Origin: Candidatus Methylomirabilis oxygeniifera
GTDB taxonomy: Bacteria > Methylomirabilota > Methylomirabilia > Methylomirabilales > Methylomirabilaceae
DNA: 32,000 bases
Assembly: GCA_000091165.1 (NCBI GenBank)
Contig: FP565575.1
Location: 1,680,001-1,712,000, forward strand
Direction: 5' to 3'
Below, piece by piece: positions 25,152-32,000 of this stretch. Position 1 is the first letter of the stretch. Each line of letters opens with the position of its first letter. The translations under genes and the position numbers were made by a program. Under the pieces are notes generated by a model. It did no database searches. It was not told where the DNA came from and worked only from the letters and a program-made list of their open reading frames with translations.

Positions 25152-25391
25152 GTGGCTGCTGACTACACATCACGGCAAGGGCAGTTTCTCGCCTTCATTT
25201 ACTACTACACCAAGGTAAACGGGCGGCCGCCTGCCGAAACCGACATGCAGTGGTACTTCCGGGTCACGCCCCCTTCAGTGCATCAGATGGTCATCAAGCT
25301 GGAGGAGCGGGGACACATCGCTCGGGTGCCAGGACAGGGGCGATCAATACGTTTGCTGCTCCCCCGTGAACAATTACCCGACTTAGAGTAA
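25152..25391 (+). CDS. Stand-alone LexA-N-terminal-like winged-helix DNA-binding protein
   Basis: The GTG follows the hsdS TGA immediately, with GGGGGA 8 nt upstream. The pattern TSRQGQFLAFIYYYTKVNGRPPAE...VHQMVIKLEERGHIARVPGQGRSIRLL mirrors the LexA DNA-binding domain (TxRQxxvLxFI....G.PP....v..hL..Le.kG.I.R.....R.I.Ll). Confidence 0.7.
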   Translation: MAADYTSRQGQFLAFIYYYTKVNGRPPAETDMQWYFRVTPPSVHQMVIKLEERGHIARVPGQGRSIRLLLPREQLPDLE

Positions 25392-25558
25392 TCCAATCTG
25401 CGGCACATCACGCCCGACCAGATAGGGAGAGGAGAGACACGGCTTTCAAACAACATCAAAGGACTTGCCGGAGTAGGGGTAATCATCTATATTCACTTCC
25501 ATGAGCGACGCAGTAGAAACGTTTCGCTTCGTCGCCACTCACAACTAAAGGGAGTCTG

Positions 25559-25945
25559 GTGCTAGGCTGCGAGCGAGTACAGGCACGGGGTAGAGGCGAT
25601 CGTTGGGCTGCGGCTCTTATGGCCCTCGCTATCGGCTTTCTGCTGCTGGCTCCTGATCCGCACGATCATGGCGATGCCGCCTCACTCGGTGGTCTGCTTC
25701 GGCTGCTGCTACCCGGTTCGAGCCAAGCCGCTGATCCTCATCCGTCTCACGACGCGCCTCAGCCGGAGGCAAACGGGTCCTGTGCGATCCATTTCTGGCA
25801 CCAAGTCGCCGCGACCGGCCTCCTCTTCGCGCTCCTGCTGCGATTCTTCCTCAGCTCACTTTTCAGCACTCCCTCATTCGTCACAGTTCTCTCCATCACA
25901 CATCTCGAATCCTTTCACGGCCGCGCCCCACCTATTTTTTCCTAA
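25559..25945 (+). CDS. Small His-rich two-helix membrane protein (hypothetical; paralogue of 4608..4976)
   Basis: AGGGAG RBS 5 nt before GTG 25559. Architecture is TM helix, DPHDHGD...ADPHPSHD, CAIHFWH, second hydrophobic region, then GRAPP three residues from the C-terminus. Confidence 0.5.
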   Translation: MLGCERVQARGRGDRWAAALMALAIGFLLLAPDPHDHGDAASLGGLLRLLLPGSSQAADPHPSHDAPQPEANGSCAIHFWHQVAATGLLFALLLRFFLSSLFSTPSFVTVLSITHLESFHGRAPPIFS

Positions 25946-26068
25946 TACCCGATTCGTTCTAACCTGTAGACGGTAAGCCCGGGATATCCTTATCTCTACG
26001 GCTACCTTTCCGTGCGGGGTGGTCCAGCCCCCGTCAAATGCCGTCGTCTTTCTGAGGAGGAACAATCG

Positions 26069-27601
26069 ATGTGTACCCTCTCCATTAAGCGGCTAGGCCT
26101 GATTACGTTGACGTTCTTAGCCGCATTGATTATCGAAACTGGAGCTACATGGGCGCAGGTCAAGAATCCAGAGTTAGAAGCCCTCGTCAAAGAGGTTGCA
26201 GAGCTTCGCCGGCGTGATGCCGAGAAGGAGAAGAAGCTGGAGAAGCTTCAGCGTGAGATTGAAGCGATGCGATCTCAGTTGCCAACAGCGGAAAAACCCG
26301 CGACCTCTGAAGCGGCCCTCGAGAAGGCTTTGAAGGGCACAGAGGCGCCGTCGCCGGAATCGGCACTTGACAAGGCAGTACGGGCGCTTGAGACGCCCGC
26401 TCTTCAGCCCGTCACGCCCGATCTCTTCTCCCGTCAGGTCGGTGGCAGTACCTTCCGGCTGATCGACCTCTCGCTGGATGGGCTATTCGCCGCAGGAACG
26501 TCTACCAAACGAGAAGCCTCGATCCGGCAGCTTGAGGGCGGTGATCACGACCCCCGTAAGCGCGGCTTTACGGTTCAGAACGTTGAGCTGTCACTGGCAG
26601 GCGCCGTGGACCCGTACCTGACGGGCGAGGCCCATATCGTCTATAAGATCGACCCCGAGGTCGGCGATACCCATATCGAATTGGAGGAAGCCTTCTTTAC
26701 GACGCAAGCACTCCCGTATGGACTGCAACTCAAAGGCGGCCATTTTTTCACCGAGTTCGGTCAGATCAACCCCCAGCATCCGCATCAGTGGCACTGGATG
26801 GATCAACCGGTTATCAATACGCGGCTGTTCGGTCCCGATGGGATGCGCGCGCCAGGCGTTCGGTTAGGATGGCTGACGCCGCTTCCCTGGTACTCTGAAT
26901 TGCAGTTCGGGGTCCAGAACGCGAACGGCGAAACCATGTCGAGCTTTCTGGCCAACGAGGAGTTCTTCGAGGAGCGGCCGATCGGCGGTCGTCCGTTTGT
27001 CGAGCGTGATGTCAGGAATCTTGGGGATCTCACATATCTTACCCGTTGGGTGAACTCCTGGAACATCAGCGAGACGGTGACGACTAAGTTCGGTGCGTCG
27101 GGGCTTTTTGGCGCCAACGCAACCGGCTCGGATGGCCATACCCGCATCTATGGCGCCGATCTCAAGTTAACGTGGCGCCAGATAGCGAACTTCAGGGGGT
27201 GGCCGTTCTTCCTCTGGCAGTCAGAGGCAATGGGGCGGGATTACGTAGCAGATCGCTTCTCTGATGATACGATCAGCTTACCGCGGAAGACGCTTCGGGA
27301 CTGGGGATTCTACACGCAGGCGTTGTACGGCTTCTCATATGGATGGGCTGCCGGACTGCGTTACGAATATGCGAGCGGAACGGGGGCAAGCGTCCTCGTG
27401 TACGATGGCCGGAAGAATGACCCGTTCCGGGATGACCGACACCGAATCTCGCCGCTATTTGCCTGGCAGCCCTCTGAGTTTTCGAGAATCCGCCTGCAGT
27501 ATAACTACGATCGGGCGGATCACCTACAACATCACAACGCTCATTCCGTCTGGTTGGGGATCGAATTCATGTATGGCGCTCACGCCGCCCACAAGTACTA
27601 A
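26069..27601 (+). CDS. Outer-membrane beta-barrel/porin-like protein with an N-terminal coiled coil and His-rich segments (putative metal uptake channel)
   Basis: GAGGAGG RBS before ATG 26069. It has a signal peptide ...GATWA and a coiled coil LEALVKEVAELRRRDAEKEKKLEKLQREIEAMRSQL. Beta-strand alternation is present. His clusters are NPQHPHQWHW and a C-terminal DHLQHHNAH...GAHAAHKY. It lies directly upstream of a metal ABC importer. Confidence 0.8.
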   Translation: MCTLSIKRLGLITLTFLAALIIETGATWAQVKNPELEALVKEVAELRRRDAEKEKKLEKLQREIEAMRSQLPTAEKPATSEAALEKALKGTEAPSPESALDKAVRALETPALQPVTPDLFSRQVGGSTFRLIDLSLDGLFAAGTSTKREASIRQLEGGDHDPRKRGFTVQNVELSLAGAVDPYLTGEAHIVYKIDPEVGDTHIELEEAFFTTQALPYGLQLKGGHFFTEFGQINPQHPHQWHWMDQPVINTRLFGPDGMRAPGVRLGWLTPLPWYSELQFGVQNANGETMSSFLANEEFFEERPIGGRPFVERDVRNLGDLTYLTRWVNSWNISETVTTKFGASGLFGANATGSDGHTRIYGADLKLTWRQIANFRGWPFFLWQSEAMGRDYVADRFSDDTISLPRKTLRDWGFYTQALYGFSYGWAAGLRYEYASGTGASVLVYDGRKNDPFRDDRHRISPLFAWQPSEFSRIRLQYNYDRADHLQHHNAHSVWLGIEFMYGAHAAHKY

Positions 27602-27622
27602 CAAAGCCAAGGAGGATCAGCA

Positions 27623-28684
27623 ATGTTCACGGGATTGCGACGTATGTTTTGCCTCAGCGTCCTGGGCTGGCTTGTGGCAACCTTCGGCTTTGTCGGCCCA
27701 TCCGCCTTCGCCCAAGAGGGAATCAAGCCGATTGCCGTGTGCGTCACAGTAACTGACCTGAGCAGCCTCGCCGGCGAGATTGGAGGCGACCAGGTCTCCG
27801 TCACGGTCTTCGCAAAGGGAACAGAAGACGCGCATTTCATCGAGGCCAAGCCTAGTTTCATCAAGATGCTGAGTCAATGTGATCTCTATCTCCAGGTCGG
27901 GATGGACTTGGAAATCGGTTGGGCCCCGGTCCTCTTACAGAACGCCAGGAACGGGGCGGTCTTACCGGGCGGGCGCGGCTACGTCGACGCATCCAGGGTC
28001 ATCGCGCGTCTGGAAGTCCCCACAAGCCCAGTGGACCGCTCGATGGGCGATGTTCACCCACTGGGAAACCCACACTATCTGCTTGATCCGTTGAATGGCC
28101 TCAAGGTAGCAAGGCTGATCCGTGACAAGCTGATTGAGCTGCGACCGGACAGGAAGTCATACTTCGAGGATCGCTACACCTCGTTTCACCTGAGACTCGG
28201 CACAGCGTTGGTTGGCGAGAGGCTCGCCAAGAAGTACGATTTCGAAAAACTCGCGCTGCTCTACGAGCACGGAAAGCTTGCCCCCTTCCTGAAGGGCCAA
28301 GGAGAGGCGTCCCTGCTCGGGGGATGGTTGGGAAAGATGCTTCCTCACTTCGGAACCAAGGTCGTAGCCGATCACAATTTGTGGCCCTACTTCGCTCGCC
28401 GGTTTGGGATCGCCGTCATCGGGTTCATGGAGCCGAAACCAGGAATCCCCCCGACGACCAAGCAGTTGGGAGCGCTGGTGGACCTGATGCGAGCAGAACG
28501 GGTCGGGGTGGTTCTGACGGTGAGCTACTATGACCCTCGCCATGCCCGATTCATCTCGCAACAGACCGGCGCCAGGGTCGTGAACTTAGCTCACCAGGTA
28601 GGGGCGCGCGATGGTACCGATGATTATTTCGCCATGGTTGACTATAATGTGCGCAAGATGGCTGCAGCGTTGGAAGGTTCATAG
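27623..28684 (+). CDS. Metal ABC transporter substrate-binding protein (ZnuA/TroA family)
   Basis: Signal peptide. Family motifs are ...TDLSSLAGEIGGDQVSV, EDAHFIE, DVHPLGNPHYLLDP and ADHNLWPYFARRFG. There is no long His-rich loop, so metal specificity is open. Confidence 0.9.
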   Translation: MFTGLRRMFCLSVLGWLVATFGFVGPSAFAQEGIKPIAVCVTVTDLSSLAGEIGGDQVSVTVFAKGTEDAHFIEAKPSFIKMLSQCDLYLQVGMDLEIGWAPVLLQNARNGAVLPGGRGYVDASRVIARLEVPTSPVDRSMGDVHPLGNPHYLLDPLNGLKVARLIRDKLIELRPDRKSYFEDRYTSFHLRLGTALVGERLAKKYDFEKLALLYEHGKLAPFLKGQGEASLLGGWLGKMLPHFGTKVVADHNLWPYFARRFGIAVIGFMEPKPGIPPTTKQLGALVDLMRAERVGVVLTVSYYDPRHARFISQQTGARVVNLAHQVGARDGTDDYFAMVDYNVRKMAAALEGS

Positions 28685-28689
28685 GATAC

Positions 28690-28736
28690 TTCAGCCTTTA
28701 GCCTTCAGCCTAAATCCCTAATTGCTGACGGCTGAA
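28690..28736. repeat. Intercistronic heptamer repeats / stem-loop
   Basis: TTCAGCC TTTAGCC TTCAGCC (28690-28710) is followed 19 nt later by the inverted GGCTGAA (28730-28736). Confidence 0.4.
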
Positions 28737-28754
28737 CGCTATTTTCGGAGGACC

Positions 28755-29525
28755 ATGGAGAACAGCGATGTTATTCTGAAAGCGACAGGGCTGACTGTCG
28801 GCTACGGGCGCCGGACTGTGCTCGAAAGCGTCACCGTTGAATGCCGAAAGGGGGAGTTCTGGTTCTTTATCGGACCGAACGGCTCAGGAAAGACCACGCT
28901 GATTCGTACCATGCTGGGGATCCTTCGATCACAGGCCGGAGGGTTATGGCTCCACCCGGACCTGGCGCACCGGAAGGGCATTGGTTTTGTCCCGCAGCGA
29001 TGCGATCTGAATCCAGCTCTCCCCACTACGGTCAAGGAATTCGTCATACTGGGGCTCGTGGGCATTCAGCTCGGTGCTAAAGAGGAAGCGGAGCGCCTCG
29101 AGTGGGCGCTCCGCAAGGTCGGTCTGGAGGGGATGGCGGGGCGCGATTACTGGTCCCTTTCCGGCGGGCAGCGACAACGGGCGCTGGTGGCTCGAGCCCT
29201 CGTGCGACGGCCTGGCCTGCTGATCCTCGACGAACCGACTAATGGTCTCGACCTCTCAACGGAAGACTCATTTCTGCGATTGCTCGCTGACCTGAACCGG
29301 GAGGAACATCTGACCCTCTTCTTCGTCACCCACGATATCGCCATTGCCGCGCGATACGCCACGCACCTGGCGCTCTTCCGTTCCGGGAGCATAGAGTCCG
29401 GACCGCGTGAGCAGATGCTCAATCGGGCCGTTCTTGAGCGGGTGTATGGGGTGGGCGTGGAGGTGACCCGCGATCCATCGGGCACTGTCGCAGTCCAGGT
29501 CTACCCTCCCGGAGGACATTCGTGA
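28755..29525 (+). CDS. Metal ABC transporter ATP-binding protein (ZnuC-like)
   Basis: GGAGGA RBS before ATG 28755. Walker A GPNGSGKTT, signature LSGGQRQRALVARAL, Walker B LILDEPT and H-loop VTHD. Confidence 0.95.
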   Translation: MENSDVILKATGLTVGYGRRTVLESVTVECRKGEFWFFIGPNGSGKTTLIRTMLGILRSQAGGLWLHPDLAHRKGIGFVPQRCDLNPALPTTVKEFVILGLVGIQLGAKEEAERLEWALRKVGLEGMAGRDYWSLSGGQRQRALVARALVRRPGLLILDEPTNGLDLSTEDSFLRLLADLNREEHLTLFFVTHDIAIAARYATHLALFRSGSIESGPREQMLNRAVLERVYGVGVEVTRDPSGTVAVQVYPPGGHS

Positions 29526-30388
29526 TCGAGGAGTTCCTCTCATCATGGCCTCTATTTCAGAACACCTACCTCGTCGGGTGGTCAATCGCCCTGTTGCTCT
29601 CGTTGGTCGGAGTACTTGCAGTGGCCCGCGACCAGATCTTCATCGGGGCAGCCATGTCGCAGGCCTCAACCCTGGGGATTACCATGGCGATGTGGATCGG
29701 GGCATGGGTCGCTCCCGCTACGCTCCCCTGGCTTCACTCGGATAACTTTCTGTCCGCCATGGCCGTGGCGTTCTCCCTGGTCGCAGCTCTGATCACCACG
29801 CGCGGAGGCAAAGAGTCGGGAGAAAGTCATGAGACAATCACCGGCTGGGTGTTTCTTGTGTCGGCTAGTCTCTCGATCCTGATCGTCTCCAGGAGTCCGC
29901 ACGGGCTCGAGGAGATCCATCGGTTGCTTTCCTCCAGCATCATCGGAGCCACGAGAGCCGACGTCCGGACCTTCGGCCTGCTCGCCGGTTTGACCGCTCT
30001 TTTCCTTGCGGTCACCCATCGACGTACCCTGCTCTTCCTCATGGACCCTGCTATGGCCGCGGCGGTGGGAATGAACGTCACTCGCTGGGCAGCGCTCATC
30101 TCAACCTTACTCGGGCTAGCCGTGGGGTTGTCCATCAGATCTTCCGGGATGTTGTATACGTTTGGATGCCTGGTACTGCCCGCCCTTATCGCAAAGAATC
30201 TCTGCCGCGAGGTTCGCCCCATGTTCATTGTCGCCCCGCTCGTTGCCCTCATGACCGGCGCGATAGCGTTCGTGCTCGCAAACCATTATGATTATCCGCC
30301 GGCGCCGATGACGGTTGCGCTGCTGAGCCTGCTGCTAACGATCGCGTGGCTATTCCGGCGGCTGCGTCAGGTGAACGGGATATTCTGA
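29522..30388 (+). CDS. Metal ABC transporter permease (ABC-3/ZnuB-like)
   Basis: The GTG overlaps the ATPase stop (GTGA). About 8 hydrophobic helices and a length of ~288 aa are typical of the ABC-3 family. Confidence 0.9.
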   Translation: MIEEFLSSWPLFQNTYLVGWSIALLLSLVGVLAVARDQIFIGAAMSQASTLGITMAMWIGAWVAPATLPWLHSDNFLSAMAVAFSLVAALITTRGGKESGESHETITGWVFLVSASLSILIVSRSPHGLEEIHRLLSSSIIGATRADVRTFGLLAGLTALFLAVTHRRTLLFLMDPAMAAAVGMNVTRWAALISTLLGLAVGLSIRSSGMLYTFGCLVLPALIAKNLCREVRPMFIVAPLVALMTGAIAFVLANHYDYPPAPMTVALLSLLLTIAWLFRRLRQVNGIF

Positions 30389-30464
30389 CCGACTCACAGG
30401 CTCAAGCACCGCCGGATCGACGCGTTGCGCAAGAAGCTGAAGGCTGGGAGATCATAGAGAGGGA

Positions 30465-31109
30465 ATGGAGACGAAGAAACCCTTCGATGTCTTGAAACCC
30501 CTTCTGTACGTGGGATGGTTGGCGGCGCTGCTGGGTCTCACGATGGAAGCCATTCTCGTCGCGCTCGCGGCCGGCTTTGGGACGCTGAAAGGCGCGAATC
30601 CGGTTCTGGCCGATCTCGTCCAGAAGGTGTCCTGGTCAACCATCGTGTGCGTGGGCCTAGCCGTCGGCGCCACGGCAAAGAAGGCGCGGGGGCCGGTGAT
30701 GGGACTTGCGGGCCTGTTCGCTGCGCCCCTCGCGTTTATGGTTGCGCGCTCGCTGCACGACGGCGCGAAGGAGGCGCTCTCGGTCGCGGCGGACGCCGGC
30801 CCCGGCCCATCACTCATTCTGATCGCCATCCTCAAGGGATTCCAGTATGGCAGCTTTGGTCTGATGCTCGACTGGGTCGCGAAAAAGCCGTGGGGAGGAT
30901 TGTCGGCGCACCTCGCGACGGGGCTCGCCGTGGGCGTCGTGTTCGGCGGTGCGATGGTGGCCTTCTTCGTCCAGGCCGCGCCCCAGACGCCGCCGATGTC
31001 CTCGCTTGTCTCCCGCGCCGCTAACGAGTGTCTTTTTCCCGTCGGCTGCGCGTTCGTGGTCTATGTCTCGAAGGTCCTGAAGAAGCTGAGCGGGCGACCG
31101 GAAGAGTGA
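30465..31109 (+). CDS. Hypothetical integral membrane protein (about 6 TM, Ala/Gly/Leu-rich)
   Basis: GAGAGGGA RBS. The pattern of hydrophobic helices is consistent, which favours this frame over the overlapping Arg/Gly-rich alternative frame (30515..31024). I recognise no family. Confidence 0.65.
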   Translation: METKKPFDVLKPLLYVGWLAALLGLTMEAILVALAAGFGTLKGANPVLADLVQKVSWSTIVCVGLAVGATAKKARGPVMGLAGLFAAPLAFMVARSLHDGAKEALSVAADAGPGPSLILIAILKGFQYGSFGLMLDWVAKKPWGGLSAHLATGLAVGVVFGGAMVAFFVQAAPQTPPMSSLVSRAANECLFPVGCAFVVYVSKVLKKLSGRPEE

Positions 31110-31165
31110 GTATAGATTAATCCGCTTAGCCAAAAAATCGTTGTTCGCGCACGGCGAACTATCGA

Positions 31166-31180
31166 TTACAATAATAGTAA
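31166..31180. promoter_or_regulatory. Candidate Fur-family (PerR/Fur/Zur-type) 7-1-7 box upstream of the peroxiredoxin gene
   Basis: TTACAATAATAGTAA is a 7-1-7 inverted repeat with one mismatch. It matches 11 of 14 specified positions of TTATAATnATTATAA and lies 100 nt upstream of ATG 31280. An adjacent perfect palindrome ATATCCGGATAT lies at 31187-31198. Confidence 0.3.
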
Positions 31181-31279
31181 AGTACCATATCCGGATATAC
31201 GAGGGTTGGGCTGATTGATACGAGGAGCGCAAGGCTCGATTCTGACAACTCCATCAACGCAGCTTTAAAGGAGGTCACC

Positions 31280-31888
31280 ATGGTCAAGATCGGATCAAAA
31301 GCGCCGGATTTCACTGCCAATACCACCAAGGGCCCCATTACCCTGTCCCAGTTCCGCGGGAAGTGGGTCTTACTCTTTGCTCACCCGGCCGACTTTACAC
31401 CGGTCTGTACGACGGAGTTCATCGAATTCGCCAGGCGGCACAAGGAATTCAAGGACCTCGGATGCGAGATCGTCGGCCTGAGCGTGGATAGTATCTACTC
31501 GCACATCGAGTGGCTCCGCCATATGGAGGAGTCGGCCAAAGTCAAAATTGATTTCCCGGTGATCGCCGACCCCGAGAAAGAGGTCGCTAACCTTTACGAT
31601 CTGATCAACCCTGAACTCAAGCTCACCGTCCGCGGTGTCTTCTTCATCGATCCTGAGGGGATCGTCCGTTTCGCTATGTACTACCCGATCCCATTCGGGC
31701 GCAACATCGACGAGATCTTGCGGAGCCTACAGGCATTACAAACCGTGGACAAGTATGGGGTCGCCTGCCCGGTCAACTGGCAGCCGGGCCAGGATGTCAT
31801 CGTGCCTCCGCCGCAGACGATCGACGAGGCCGACAAGCGCGCCAAGGCCGGCGCCGACCGCTGGTACATCATGCGGAAAAAGATCTAG
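31280..31888 (+). CDS. Peroxiredoxin (Prx6/1-Cys-type AhpC/TSA family)
   Basis: AAGGAGG RBS. The peroxidatic Cys motif is HPADFTPVCTTE. ...IDPEGIVR... and ACPVNWQPG are typical of the family. Confidence 0.95.
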   Translation: MVKIGSKAPDFTANTTKGPITLSQFRGKWVLLFAHPADFTPVCTTEFIEFARRHKEFKDLGCEIVGLSVDSIYSHIEWLRHMEESAKVKIDFPVIADPEKEVANLYDLINPELKLTVRGVFFIDPEGIVRFAMYYPIPFGRNIDEILRSLQALQTVDKYGVACPVNWQPGQDVIVPPPQTIDEADKRAKAGADRWYIMRKKI

Positions 31889-32000
31889 CGTAAGCCTCCA
31901 ATCCTGGAACGTGGTCGAGGACAGGCCGATGCGGCGTATTGTGGTCCGTGCGCTTACGTGTAGTGCGGATATCATTACCTTCTTAAAGGGCACCCTCCGA

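Noticed and set aside
30515-31024. A 169-aa plus-strand ORF in an alternative frame of the 30465 gene
   Set aside because: The product is extremely Arg/Gly-rich with no hydrophobic core. The overlapping frame gives a coherent multi-helix membrane protein with an RBS.
1-32000. CRISPR arrays, rRNA/tRNA genes, IS elements or integrases
   Set aside because: I saw no regularly spaced direct repeats, no rRNA- or tRNA-like sequence, and no transposase or integrase motifs in any frame. The accessory island therefore has no visible mobility gene within this window.

Overview
This is a 32-kb window of a moderately GC-rich chromosome from a diderm bacterium, and it is almost fully coding. I saw no rRNA, tRNA, CRISPR array, transposase or integrase. 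All family assignments are by-eye motif recognition, since no searches could be run.

Four blocks:

(1) nt 1-9,600, a copper-handling neighbourhood.
- A tightly coupled operon: FtsX/MacB-type permease, ABC ATPase, a Cys-rich ~8-TM membrane protein of unknown family, a NosL-family protein, and a NosL domain fused to an outer-membrane beta-barrel.
- A small His-rich membrane ORF.
- An OprC/NosA-like TonB-dependent receptor carrying the CxxxM + HxM copper-site signature.
- A secreted YcnI/DUF1775-like protein.
- An SmbP-like His-rich periplasmic protein.

(2) nt 9,646-15,298, housekeeping genes. Cobalamin-dependent methionine synthase metH lies on the minus strand with a REP-like double hairpin in its leader. 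It is followed by an OprO/P-type porin.

(3) nt 15,300-25,400, an accessory/defence island.
- A truncated DUF5615 (PIN-like) remnant.
- A divergent pair: a cytoplasmic trypsin-like serine protease and an unknown secreted Ala/Lys-rich coiled-coil protein.
- A type I R-M locus, hsdR-[abiEi-abiEii]-hsdM-hsdS. hsdR carries an apparent frameshift in its C-terminal domain, the AbiE cassette enters behind a sharply AT-rich junction, and a LexA-like wHTH ORF is coupled to hsdS.

(4) nt 25,500-31,900, a second metal-uptake cluster.
- A paralogue of the small His-rich membrane ORF.
- A His-rich outer-membrane barrel.
- A ZnuA/TroA-type binding protein, ATPase and permease.
- An unknown membrane protein.
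- A peroxiredoxin preceded by a Fur-family-like box.

The most novel candidates are the NosL/FtsX/beta-barrel operon, the repeated small His-rich membrane proteins upstream of outer-membrane metal channels, and the protease plus secreted-protein pair next to the R-M/AbiE island.
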